A DNA stretch of 61,352 nucleotides, counting the filler, from Nemertoderma westbladi (taxonomy: Eukaryota; Animalia; Xenacoelomorpha): assembly GCA_032718475.1 (NCBI GenBank). It is 3 parts of 3 records of this genome, joined end to end, with 100 filler letters (N's around TTAATTAATTAA, not from the genome) between each part and the next. Parts side by side here need not be neighbours in the genome. Positions count along the whole stretch, not along the records: positions 1 to 25,508 come from JAUCBJ010005237.1; 2 more parts are not named here. One strand, written 5' to 3'. Below are positions 1 to 12,197 of this stretch, piece by piece. Below the pieces are notes generated by a model, which saw nothing but the letters and a program-made list of their open reading frames with translations, was not told where the DNA came from and did not search any database. Position numbers and translations under genes: made by a program. Positions within the stretch are counted from its first letter, which is position 1. Every line of letters begins with the position of its first letter.

Positions 1-971
1 TAACTATCAGGCGAAATTTTGCGAATATAATTCTGCACCGCTAGGTGGCGCTGCAAATTTTGGCTGAATTTTTTAGGTTTGTTATAAATAGTATTAAATT
101 TTATTACCAAGTAATTTCGAAAATGTTGTCTGATACTTTTATGCTGGGTGGTTATGTAGACACCCACAGAAGGTTTCCAGACTAATTGCTCTAAAATTAT
201 AGAAGTAGTAGGGTTTTGAAGTTGACAATTTCATAAAAAAAATATTTGGAGATAATCGACCTTTCATTATACATAGTAATAGTAATTTCAATACGAATCC
301 CTAAATGGAAATTGTTATAACTTGAAAACTAAAAGAGCTATTAAATAGCGGTTTTCAGATAAGGAAACACCATTCAATGGTGCATTATAATAGACCATAA
401 AAAAATTCGACATATTTTTGACCAAAATGGTGTACCCCCCCTTAAGCCACAGAATCTACGACTACCGGTTACCAATTCATTATCTAATTCTGTGATTGAT
501 AATGGCTGCGATCTGCAGTTGAAATATATTTCTCTTATATATACTTTATACCTACCGTACTGCCATACCGTTTCGAATTTTATATATTATATAGTACCTA
601 ATATACTGCTTGACAATTTTTATAACTCCGAATTAAACTTATTATTTTCTTACTTATTCTTACCCTTCATCATTAACTTTTATAAATAAAATTTCATATT
701 GTGTATAAAAAATATAATTTGTTTACTAATTTCCTTTATTTATTAATGCTATGTAAAATTACCTTTTCGTGCCTCGATCTAACTTAGTCACCACGCTCGC
801 TGCGCTCAGTTGGTAGATAAGATAACCTCGGAGAATCGCAAACAATAGATAATGTTTTATTTTTGTACAAGTTATAATTTGTTCACTATCAATCTAGAAT
901 AGACCAGTTTTAGTTGAAGTACGATTTATATTAGGTTACTGTCCCTTATTATCTGGGACGCTTTGTCGGGC

Positions 972-1043
972 TCCTCGATAGTATAGTGGTTAGTATCTGC
1001 GTCTGTCACATGCAAGACCCGGGTTCAATTCCCGGTCGGGGAG
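972..1043 (+). tRNA. tRNA-Asp(GTC), copy 1
   Basis: TCCTCGATAGTATAGTGGTTAGTAT...CTGTCAC...GGTTCAATTCCCGGTCGGGGAG; 72 nt, A and B boxes, anticodon stem TGCGT/ATGCA, T-stem CCGGG/CCCGG. Confidence 0.93.
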
Positions 1044-1242
1044 TTGTTTCCTTTTGTAAGATGGCGCCTGGTAACTTATTGATAAATACTCACGTTGTTT
1101 TAGGTAGATTTCTACCATTATAAATGTTGCTAAAGTTAAATGTAAAATGAAAAGTTATCTGTTCATTTTGAGTTTATTTCCATTTTCCTTTGAATGAGCA
1201 TTAAAATTATTTTCTTTTATCATCTGGTACACATTGTCGATC

Positions 1243-1314
1243 TCCTCGATAGTATAGTGGTTAGTATCTGCGTCTGTCACATGCAAGACCCGGGTTCAAT
1301 TCCCGGTCGGGGAG
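1243..1314 (+). tRNA. tRNA-Asp(GTC), copy 2
   Basis: Identical to 972-1043; followed by an oligo-T Pol III terminator (~1323-1329). Confidence 0.93.
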
Positions 1315-2093
1315 AGGCTTTGTTTTTTTAAGGTCCCGGAAATCTGCATTCCTCAGCGTAAAGCAGCGGGCCATAACAATACATATTTTTTTCTATGGTG
1401 AAAAAAGTGTTGTCAAAAAGTTGTGACTTTGACCTGAAGATGAAGCTGATTTTACAATTGTCCTCATCAAACCTCTCGACCGGGACCCTTCCCTACACCA
1501 TGCCCGCTGATCTAGAATTGGTGGGACAGCGACACCGGGGTGACTGACCAGTGACCATACTCCTTATCTACGAGGTATTAGTCAGCGGCCGTCACAATTA
1601 TCTGACATCAACATAAAATATGTGAATATATGAAATTCTGACGTATCATATTCATGTGTCTTTTTTAATTCAGATTTTATATCGAACATAAAATGGAGTC
1701 ATGAAGATGAGTGGTGTACTTTTTAACGTCATTTTCACAACTTTTTCACTTCAAAATTATTAAAAATATATAAAATCGCCGTCATATTCACGTCAGAATA
1801 TTTTGATACGTAAATATTAAGTTATGACAACAACAGAGATAGGGGGAAATTGGAAGTAAATCCCATCTCGGCGAATTAATTTCAATTTATTAACAATTAA
1901 GGTTGCAGTGGCGCGTTATTATAACCAAAACAATAAACTAAAGTCAATAGAACAGGTCTCAGTGAAATTATAAACTGGGGATATAATCCAATAACAGGGT
2001 AGTTTATTAGTATTAGCGTGTACCTGTACCGTAACAAAAGGCAACCTTTATACCTCTAATAAGGCAAAATTAACTGTTGAAACCATCACTACC

Positions 2094-2329
2094 CTACTAC
2101 TACTAGGATCGGCATGCTGCATTGCAGCTGCATTTTTAAGAATTCTGTGCCGGCTTATCGACAAAATTGCACCGCCACAACTCCCTATCACCCATGACAT
2201 TTGCTAGATCATCCGCATCTTCAAGGCCAGTGTCCTTTAAGATGCGTCTCAAGAAAGTCATGGGCTGTCCACCATGCTTATTCACTCCATGAGGCTGCCA
2301 AAGTACAAGATTATGCACTGGCTGGTCCT
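2094..2329 (-). mobile_element. 5'-truncated 3' end of the RTE-type LINE at 32871-35720
   Basis: Near-identical to 32871-33108 including the (TAG)n tail and C-terminus DQPVHNLVLWQPHG...DKPAQ. Confidence 0.92.
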
Positions 2330-2384
2330 GGCTGGCTTTAAACCTTACTTTGAACCTTACTTTTAAACTGCGAACTTTAGACAA

Positions 2385-2520
2385 TAGTACCTACGCCTAC
2401 CCAGAGCGGGAGCGGTATAATGTGAACCTTGCTTGCTGGGGTAATAATAATAACAGCGCATTGAGTATAAGTAGTAGAAAAGTGCTATATAAATAGTTAA
2501 GTATTATTATTATTATTATT
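2385..2520 (+). mobile_element. SINE 3' fragment with (ATT)n tail
   Basis: Similar to 31260-31390 (cctacgcc..cccag..gcggtataatg..gctggggtaat..gctatataaata..(att)n). Confidence 0.65.
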
Positions 2521-2552
2521 AAAAGTGCCTTAAACTCATTATGAATTACAGA

Positions 2553-3437
2553 CAGTGGCGTAGCAACATTTTCGACTGGGGGGTGCAGGACCTCGAAAAG
2601 CCCCCCCCCCCCCCCCCCCCAAGGTAAAAATTTTAATTTTGTATGGGGAGTGAAAATTCTCTGTTACACCGATAAAATATATTATAATGAGAGTAGAGTA
2701 GAGTACTAGAGTAGAGTATCGCGGTTTATTTAAAAAAAAATGTACCCAAATCAAACATTTGGGCCTTCTTACCGGAATTTTCCCTCGCCTACCCAACTAA
2801 AAAATCCTGGCTACGGGCCTGCACCAGGCTAATACCTGCTCTAGGTCTGTTTAAGGCTTCCGTTCCTAATCGTAGTATATTGCTTTAATGCTGCCAAGTA
2901 GTGAGGCTGAGGCTGGCAACAGGCAACCACAATACAATATAGCTTTGGAGGCTCCTCCACACCCGTCCTGGTTTGTGGTTATGTTTACTAACATTGCCTG
3001 TCAGTGTGGCTGTTTGTGGACAGAGAAACACCACAGTAACACTACAACTACATTAATTAATTTATTAAATTAATTTATAAAATCCCTCTCTATTTATAAT
3101 GAAATTTGGTCCGGCCTCAACCACATTTTTTCAAAGGGGGAACTCCCCTCCCCTAAATCTGCCACTTCGCAGTAGAAGACTGTGACTTCAGGACTTACTG
3201 ATAACTTCCCCATAGCTGAATAGGTTTGATTTTGACAAATATTTATATTGTTTGAAATGTTTTTGTTTATTTTATAATTTGTCATTATTTTTTGTAGGCC
3301 TACATATAAGAAATATATTTTTTATTTTCTCATGCCAGATTTTGCGCCCCTTCTCGGTGCGCCCCCTCTCGTATCACTGTGTGGGGAGGGGGGGGGGGGG
3401 GGGCTGCCCACCCCTGTCCCCCCTAGCTACGCCACTG
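2553..3437. mobile_element. Non-autonomous hAT-type element (MITE)
   Basis: 12-bp TIR CAGTGGCGTAGC/GCTACGCCACTG; 8-bp TSD ATTACAGA at 2545-2552 and 3438-3445. Confidence 0.88.
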
Positions 3438-4699
3438 ATTACAGATTGGTATCCTTCCTCTCTCACTCCCAATGAAAATACAACTAAAATACCAAATCGT
3501 CTGATAAACTGTCTGCTGCCCCCAAGTCTGACATTTATTCTAAACAGTGTATATGTGTTCCAGAGCAAAAAACGAATGACGATTTTTGCCAACTTCAATT
3601 CAAAAGCAGTTATATTGATTAATTTTTTAGATTTACTCTAGATCTTGATTTGAAAATTTGTATTTTACATTTCTATAAGGCAGTTGCTAGTAGTTTTAAG
3701 TCATATTGTTGTTTCAATGCTATTAAAACCACTTGATACCTAACTATCACTTAATAATGGGGTTCACAACTCAATTTCAAAACCAGATTAATTAAGATGC
3801 AATAATATCACAGAAACACAATGGCGTTTATAGAATTCAATTAGATGCTAAAATAGCCGAGATATTGGTGTTTTCAGTTGAAAAATTATTCAAAATTTGA
3901 AAATGATCTGTGATTGGTTGTAAGTGAGTGATCACTGTATGCCTCCGAATCACATTGATATCAACATTCAGATACCTAATACCATCTTTGTATAAATTAG
4001 GCAGTTTAATAGGTTGGGACTTCTACATTAGTACTGTATTAGTAGTGTACATTCCCCGAGGGGCTTCTCGAGTTCAGGAACTCTCCTCGCGAAACAGGTT
4101 TCTCCCCAGCTGAGATTCTTTTCAGCCACCCGATTCGGAGTAAAGTACCTGCCCACAGTCGTGCATTCACAGCAATGCACCAATCCGTTCGTAATCAGCG
4201 TGATGGAATAACTCCACAGCTGAAACAGCGAGCCGAGTCCAGTTACAACCATGGGGAGAAACCACTGTATGCACCAAAATGGCCACTGCAGATGATCACG
4301 GCAGTCTGTGAATGTTGGAATATAGATACTGTACTGGTGCCGGTAGGTAGGTTATATTTTGCTGTATCACTTTACCTCTGTACTTTGTACTGGTGATTTC
4401 CTACTATTTCCGGGACCAGTGTGATTTCATCTGTACTTTATAGTTAGAAGTCTACTGGAACTGATAGGCATATATATTTCACTATATCGACATTATCGAG
4501 GCCTATTCGTACAAAACACCCCATACAATATGATGGCTTTGATGTTGAAAGCGATGATGAGAAGTCTTCCAATGAAAATGAAGATGATGTCAATGAGTCC
4601 ATAGGGTGTAACTGCAGCGATTCGAGTAGCTGCGGTGATTACAGTAGCAGTAACAACTCTGCATTGGGTATTGGGCGAGGTTTGGCAATTTGTTAATCC

Positions 4700-6360
4700 A
4701 ATGAGTGATACCGGTACCGCTTCTGGTGCTAATTTAGATTTTACACCAACACACTCTCCAGGTTGGTGACCAGGAATTACTAAACCTTCCGACCTGGGCA
4801 CTGAAGCTGTGAACTATTTAGAAATATTTCTTCCCAACGACCTTTTTGTTTCGATCATAGACTGGACCAATAAGAGAGCGAAGTTGCTGCATGAAGAAAA
4901 ACTGAGCAAAGGAGAGCCGACAAAGAACTGATTTTTGATTATTGATAGTAACAATGTGTTGGCAAGATAAGTTATTTTTGGTAAAATAAACTTATCATTC
5001 GAGGTTAAGAACCCTAGATCCCTTCCTATAATAAATGTACCAAGAACTGGAAAGATGTTTCTAAACCGAAAATGATGAAGTTTATTAGTCTTACACTTCA
5101 GATGGGTATTATTAGAAAGCCGTGAGATTGTACTGGGAAACAAATTCTCAAATGTGTACTCCGTTTTTTTATCGCCTAATTCGATGAGCAGAGATCAATA
5201 CCTTGCCATTTTGAAGTAATTCGTTTCGCCAACCAAGATGATGTCATCAAAGAAGTAAAAGAATCTCGAGTAGCAACCTTTCTGACAATGGTGGACACCA
5301 TTTGTAAACAGTATATACCTGATATGAACCTTGCTCTCGATGAAGCCCTTATTCTACATAAGGGCAGATTGGGATTCAAGGTGTTTATTCAAAAAAAGCT
5401 TGCAAGGTACGGAATAAAGGAGTTCATTTTATGTGATTTTATGGGGTACATGTTGTCAGCAATGTTGTATTTCGGCCCTAATAGTACACTGGTCCTGGTA
5501 CTCGTCACTGGTACTCAAACATACTGAAAATATTGTGGTGCTGATGCTCAAAAACGCAAAACTACTTGGGTAGGGATATGTAGTACACATAGACAATTGG
5601 TATACCAGTGTTCGCCTAGCTACCTACCCAATGGATAACTCAACTGGTATGCGTGGGACTATCCATCCAGCTCGTGGGATTCTCGATGAATTTACAAAGC
5701 GGAAGCAGAAGCCGATAAGTTGTTTTTTTTATGAGAAAGGGGTTGCTTCTTGGCGTTAAATTCACCGATAAACGCGATGTTTATGTGCTATCAACTGCTG
5801 ACAAGGCTGGATTGGTTCCAAAGTCTCGTATAGTGAGATTTGGGGAAACCGTGGATTATGAGAAGCCAGTTACCATTGAGAAGTACAACAAGTTTATGGG
5901 AGGAGTTGATATTCAGGATCAACTGATTCACTATTACAATCCAGTGAGACGCAGCCAAGCTTGGTTTAAGAAGATGGAATAAATATGATTATGCGTCTAG
6001 CTATCATAAAATTTAGTATCTTGCTTAATGAGGAGACTTCAATTACTTCCGTTGACAAAATTGCTACAAATGAAAATTTATAGAACTCTTCCCATATCAA
6101 AATCTCAAAATATTGTTATAAAAAACTGGCCTCTTTTTAAGAGGCCAGTTCAAGTGACCTGTTAGGCCGTATAAATATAGTAGGCCATGCATATATCAAG
6201 GTGAAGGGGTTTTTAACCTTCAAGTGATTGGTGTTGCGCTCAGTGTGCCACAGAAGAAAGGGAAACAAAGTACAATAGTGCTCCGGTAGTTCTATTGCCA
6301 AAAAAGTCGATAGAAGGAGAGTCCAGTCGACAAATATCGACCGAGAATAGTTGCCATGTT
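4700..6360 (+). pseudogene. Degenerate piggyBac (PGBD4-like) transposase
   Basis: Fragments LALDEALILHKGRLGFKVFIQKKLARYGIK, IDNWYTS, YNKFMGGVDIQDQLIHYY; many stops and frameshifts; element ends not located. Confidence 0.85.
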
Positions 6361-6850
6361 TGCCACTGCAACTATGGCACACCTGAGGATATACGATTTT
6401 ACAGTTTTGGATCTGTTGTACGAAGCACAAATAACAAAACTCAAATACACACAACTACAAAAACAAAATAATCAAAACACAAATAATACTTATTCTAAAA
6501 CTATACAACATAAACCAGATAATAATACTATAATCAATGAAAAGTATCTTCAACAGTAATTCTATGAATCATTAACTTGTATATAAATAATTAAACAATT
6601 ACTAATTTAAATACGAATTAAAATACTTTTTTTAGTGTCTGGTGCCATGGAAAGTGCCTGTGTTTCTATCAGTTAAAGAAGAGAGAAGGCGACCATATGG
6701 AGTGGATGTGCTGCACTCATGTAGAGGCTTTGCCCTTAAAGTCGTTAAAAAGAAAGAAGTAAAACTCATATACTGGACTCATATACTGGAATGAACGTTT
6801 TTAATATTTTACAATATACTTATAATTATAATTAGATTGATTAATTACTC

Positions 6851-7900
6851 TTACAACAATAATTGTTCCACTATTTTTAGTATGTCAGTTTTTGTTTTTG
6901 CCTGTGCAATATTTTTAAGGAAGGCAATTCTTTCTTTATTATTGACAGTTTCAAAAAGTTCCAATGCCTTTGTATGTAATTCCTCCTTTGTCCAGTTTTT
7001 TATTTGTGCCATGCGAATGGCTTCATTCTCAGTTACAGGAAGTATTTGGTTTCGTTTGTCCTTGGAAAATCTAGGGCCCTTCATGACAATGTCAACCACT
7101 GCAGCCTGTAAACGCTCTCTCCCTTGACCATACCCAATACCCTTGACGGGTATTCCTCTGAAAGAATTTCTGAGAACCCTTTAGCACAACGGGTATTCCT
7201 CTGAAAGAATTTCTGAGAACCCTTTAGCAGTGGTTGTTCCATCTCTCTGATGAATTGTGCACCATGCTGTTCGTGGTGTGAAATCTTCTTTACTGATCTT
7301 TTTAAATGATTCACCTCTTAAATTAAGTGATAACGCGATCGTGAAACTTGTATTTGAGTTTAAAAAATCCCTAACGTGTGGAGGAAGGAAAATTTGCTGG
7401 GCCAAAGCATAGGCAGTAATTCTCTGATAGGTAGAATTGCTACATGCAAAAATAACTGGTGAGGAGTAGATCTGAGCAGTTTCTATGAACAGCAATTCTG
7501 AACATCATTATGCTGAGGCACAATGTAAATGTAAAGTGGTACAAACTGTAACAGTGTACAGTTGTAAAGTGGTACAGGTTTCGTCTGTAACTCACTCTAT
7601 AAACAGGCTCAATTCGCCAACAGTGACATACGTGCCATTCTCAATCTGATTCTCTACAAATGGCTTAAGAAGCTCCCACGCCAAACCATGAAGGACAATC
7701 TCCAAGGCTTCCCAGGACTTGTGGTGGTCAGTCGCATTCCTAAAATGCTGTATAGCTCGATCAGAGCAGTAGCTGTTCGTTAAAGCGTATCTATGAAACA
7801 CAATCTCCCATCCAAAGTTTATTATCATTGACAATATATTTTTTTCATAGTGCGCCCACCCAGGCACAGGTATGATTTTTTCAGCCCAGCTGACATTTTC
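6851..7900 (-). pseudogene. Fragmented ORF, possibly a DDE transposase remnant (Academ/DUF6589-like?)
   Basis: Collinear broken ORFs 7592-7867 (PGWAHYEKNIL), 7181-7495 and 6851-7099; family call is only a motif impression. Confidence 0.3.
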
Positions 7901-7914
7901 CTCACATGTGAAAA

Positions 7915-8460
7915 TTCCTGCTCCTTACGGCGATACTACCTTAACAGAAAGGGGTACAGTAGCATTAACTTTCACGCAATTTGTGATGTAAAATGTTAAT
8001 TTTTGAATATGGTCGCTGACTGGCCTGAAAGTGCCCATGACCCCGTATTTGGTCCAATAGCTCACTTGGAATGGAGTACGATCAGGGAAAATGAAAGGAG
8101 CTAATTTTAGGCGATAGTGGCTATCCTTTACACCTCTTCTTTTAACTCCGCTTCTCAACCCAAAGACTAAAGCGGAAATTAAATACAACCGGGCGCAAAT
8201 CAAGACACGCAATACAGTTGAAAGGGCATTTGGGCAGTTAAAGAGAAAGTTCCATTGCTTGCATGGCGAAATTAGAATGCAGCCAGTTCGAGTGTGCCGC
8301 GTGATTTCGGCTTGTTTCGTATTGCACAATATTGCCAAAATAAGGGGTGAACAGTTTGAGGAAGATGAGAATGTGGAGGAATTAGATAACAGTGAAGATT
8401 ATTCTGGTTCACAAAATGGTCAAACATATCGTGACGCACATTTCATTGTTTCCAAACTAC
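7915..8460 (+). pseudogene. PIF/Harbinger (HARBI1-like) transposase fragment
   Basis: NRKGYSSIN, GDSGYP, YNRAQIKTRNTVERAFGQLKRKFHCL, ACFVLHNIA motifs across frameshifts. Confidence 0.88.
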
Positions 8461-8753
8461 ATATCAAACTAGCAAACCATTGTACTGTACTCTAGACTTA
8501 ATGTAAATTACATAATGAATGATGAATTGCACAGTATATTATATAAACAATTATATTATACTACTGTATATTTAGCACTGTTTTCAGATTCACAAATAGT
8601 CTCCAGAAAGAAAATATCCGCTGTGGCATCCACCATGTCATCCGGAGCCGCGGGAGGCAGCATACCAGTAAGAGCCGAAACTTCTGCTTTTGCCTTAATT
8701 GTCTTCAAATAGATAAGATAGCGGTTATCTCGGATCAACTGGCGATTCTCCGC

Positions 8754-8773
8754 AGTAGTAGGGGTTTGGCCGG
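8754..8773 (+). mobile_element. Terminus of a Polinton-like TIR, split by the BEL insertion
   Basis: AGTAGTAGGGGTTTGGCCGG continues at 20297 as CTCGGTGACAGTTGGACCCC, homologous to the TIR starting at 38119. Confidence 0.8.
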
Positions 8774-10032
8774 TGTAAAAGCTTCTGTGGGATATAACTG
8801 GCCCCTTTGCTTCGCAATCCAGTTTCCCCCCAGGCGCTGGAATACTCTAAAAAAGGTTCTCTAACTGTATATATATTCCCCTCGCCCGCAAGGTACCGTT
8901 ACAGGTGTTTTAACGGACATAAAAGTCATTCTGCTATATACGTGTTTTAGCGGACATGGTAAGGCAAAAAACCCGCAATATGGCAAATACTTTTACACAG
9001 CTTAGCCGTGATGATTCAGATTACGACATCTAGCAGCTGGTTGCTGACATGGAAACAGCCATTGGACGCATGGTTCTTTGTTTGGCTTGAGCCAATCAGA
9101 GCGTTTTTTCCTGTCGACGTGTAGCTTTTCGGCCGATCATAAGGAGAGTGTTCAGTCTTACTGTTTTTACTTGGTACTTTGTTGTTATTGCTGTCTAAGC
9201 CAGAAACACCGGCTCTAGAGTTAATTCTTTTCATACTTTAAGAAGAAACATTAGTAGGCTTAAATTATAGAGCGTATGACTGTTATCAGTCAAATCCATT
9301 CACAATTCAATACTTTGTTGTTATTACTGTTCAACATACATTATTATACTGCTATTTACTGTTGTGTTTGGTTGAATATTATTTGGAGAACATATATAAA
9401 GAACCCAAATTTCCCAATTTTCTTGATACACTACAGGTTAGAGAGACGGGTTATATATATAGCGATTGCGACTTATATTGTTGTGGTTTGTAGTGAATTT
9501 AATGCTATTTGATAAGCACTACATTGGTCCGTTGCTATTCCCTTTATATATGATAAAATACATTGACGGGCGGCAAATTAATGAGCAGTATTGTGTGTTA
9601 CCGGTAGTGTGCATGATTGTGACCGATAACTAAGCATTTCCTAAAGAATGCGCCTCATACGTGAATCATAAGCCTTACCGACTTACCGTTGTGATTAGTA
9701 TAAGTCATATCTCTGTTTACTTAGATAGAGCGCCACGTCCTAAAGGAACTGTTAATATTTCCCGAAAGTAAATAATATTAGTCAGAAATTAATTATTAAT
9801 GATCAATCGAATAATACAATACCGTAAGCTTCACTGCAATAATAATCTAAGCCGACAGAATCCAGTCTCCCGGGATTATCCAGCGGGTGAATGGACGCGC
9901 ACTAGGCTGGCTTCTGCTAATGTTGTGTTTATTGGTATTAAATATTTGTCATCTTCTAAAGTATATTTGTAAACCAAAAGACATATAAATTTTGGCAGGT
10001 TAAACTGCTAAAGGTCTTCAAAAGCGCGTACA
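8774..10032 (+). repeat. 5' LTR (1259 bp)
   Basis: TGTAAAAGC...GCGCGTACA; no differences from 19033-20291 seen by eye; both give identical ORF translations. Confidence 0.95.
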
Positions 10033-10043
10033 ATAACAGTCAT
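10033..10043 (+). promoter_or_regulatory. Non-tRNA primer-binding site, complementary to LTR positions 9276-9286
   Basis: ATAACAGTCAT directly after the LTR; reverse complement ATGACTGTTAT at 9276-9286; no TGG start. Confidence 0.7.
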
Positions 10044-10319
10044 TGACTTTATTGCAGTAAGCAATAAAGTTGAAAGTACCGGTAAACCTGAACCGGTACT
10101 TCTGTAGGTCTGTAGGCCCAACTGTCCTAACCGGTACTGCTGTATCAGTACATTAGTATTATTCGATTTTGATTATTGTATACCGGTAGGTCTCGATATT
10201 AAATCGGGGACGCCTGGTTTTTATTGGGATTTTACTTAGGTCTATTTCTGTCAGTTTTATTTACTAGTAGGCTAATATTGAGCAGAAGGCGTGTGACCCT
10301 GCTCAGATTGTTCAGATAA

Positions 10320-10890
10320 TTGTAGGCCGGACTGTTGTTAGATTGTTGTTGGGTTTGGAGAGATTACGGCGTGTGTAGAGTTTGTCTGATAGAGTGCCGT
10401 TAGTAAGTTGGGGCAGCCATATGCTGCAAGGTCAATCCCCTCTTAAAGAATAAGTCGTACTACCGTGTTAGAACGCATACTAACTAACTATTTCAGAATC
10501 TGCACATACTGTAGTTTATTTAGGCTTGACAGTATTCTGCCAGCGTTTTGGCTTGTGTTTGTTTGTGTGGTCTGTTCAGATACCGTAATAGTTATTACTC
10601 AGATATTTTGTAGGCTGGATTGTTGTCTAGCTATTATTGGGTCTGAAGAGATTGCTGTGTGTGTGGAGTTGGTCTGATAAAGTGCTGTTAGTAAGTTGGG
10701 GCAGCCATATGCTGTAAGGTCAATCCCCTCTTAAAGAATAAGTCGTACTACCGTGTTAGCACGCATACTAACTAACCATTTCAGAATCTACACGTACGGT
10801 AGTTTATTTAGGCTTGGTGGTAGTCTGCCAGCGTTTTGGTTTGTATTTGTTTGAGTATTCTGTACGGGTAGCGTAATATTTATTATTCAG
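10320..10890 (+). repeat. ~288-bp tandem duplication in the BEL leader
   Basis: gtg(c/t)..ttagtaagttggggcagccatatgctg at ~10394 and ~10682; also duplicated in copy 2 (~27550-28120). Confidence 0.85.
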
Positions 10891-12197
10891 AGTTTATGCG
10901 ATTATTCGCAACATTCATGTCCCCAAGTTTATTCCTACAGTAATTGTGTTTGTTACACATACCGTTATAGTTAAATTAACCCCGGTACTACACGGGCTGC
11001 TTGGCGTAGGTAAAGACTGGTGACTTTGTGCTTCGGTCGCTCCAGCAGATGCCGTGGTTCTTTTAACTGTTCAAGTATATTTAACTACTGATTATTTGTT
11101 ATACCGGTACTTGTACCTAATTTAGGGTTTAGTGTACAGTGCTTTCCGAAGTAATTAGTGTGTAGGCAGTATATTTGTGTTGTAAAGTGGTTGATAGGCA
11201 CATTCGTTAGCTCTATTAACTTCTGGGTAGGAACAATCCGTGATACATAACGTAGTACCTATAGCGATACGGTTATAGGTCGTCAGGCGGTGGTATTTTC
11301 CTATCTGGACAACGCAGTGTATTTACTACTACTTATTATTTCAAATACCGTAGTACCCTGTCCATTGTAATAACCAGAATTCTAACCCTTTGTTAGGCTG
11401 GTTTGTAGACTTCCTGTAAAATTACCCTAAAAAATTCGTACGTAATATTTTGTTGTGTTTAATTAGAGAATTAATCTCACCCATATCGTAAGTAATTTGT
11501 AGTATTAAGTAACTTAGGTAAATTAGAATTATCTGTTTTAGTGTCCCATAGGTAGCACTTCACTGAGAGCGCACAGCTTCTGTGTAGTGACTCCCCCAGA
11601 AATAATAACATTTATTTCAAATATTGACAAAACCCTTTTAAACGGGTATATAAATATTATAAATCAACTCAAACGATTTATAAATAGTAGGCCTGCCATA
11701 CAACAACTAGGTCTCAAAATCAGTTGGACTACTGCTTAAATAACGGTAACAAAGTAAGTTAAAGTAACCAAGTAACCCTAAAATATTCAGAAATTCAATT
11801 ATTCTAAAATAATTGATATACCGGTATTTACCATAGGCTTATTATATTTATTTCAATAAATTTGTGCTGAAATCATACCGGTACTCTGTAATTAATTATA
11901 GTCCAGAATTATACTTATATACTATAAGTGTAGGCTGTATACCGGTATTCACGATAGGCCTATTATATATTTATATATATTTGTGCTAAAATTATATACC
12001 GGTACTCTGTGACAAATCTAGTCTGTAATAATACTTATATATATTATAAGCATACCGGTATTCTAATATATTATATATATATCACGCTACACTGAGTAGC
12101 AGTATCGGTAATTAATTATTAGGCTAACAGTGATACTGAATTACTAGACTTGCTTTAACTGTAATATAGCAGTAGACATTCAACTGTACAATCAAAC

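Noticed and set aside
1-445. Possible Kolobok-like end (GGTGTACCCCCCC|TTAA)
   Set aside because: Partner end is outside the window; cannot be confirmed
7146-7230. ~43-bp tandem duplication
   Set aside because: Local slippage in a decayed ORF; no sign of function
9016-9512. Short ORFs duplicated at 19275-19771
   Set aside because: They lie in the LTRs; duplication reflects LTR identity and they are not kept in copies 2 and 3
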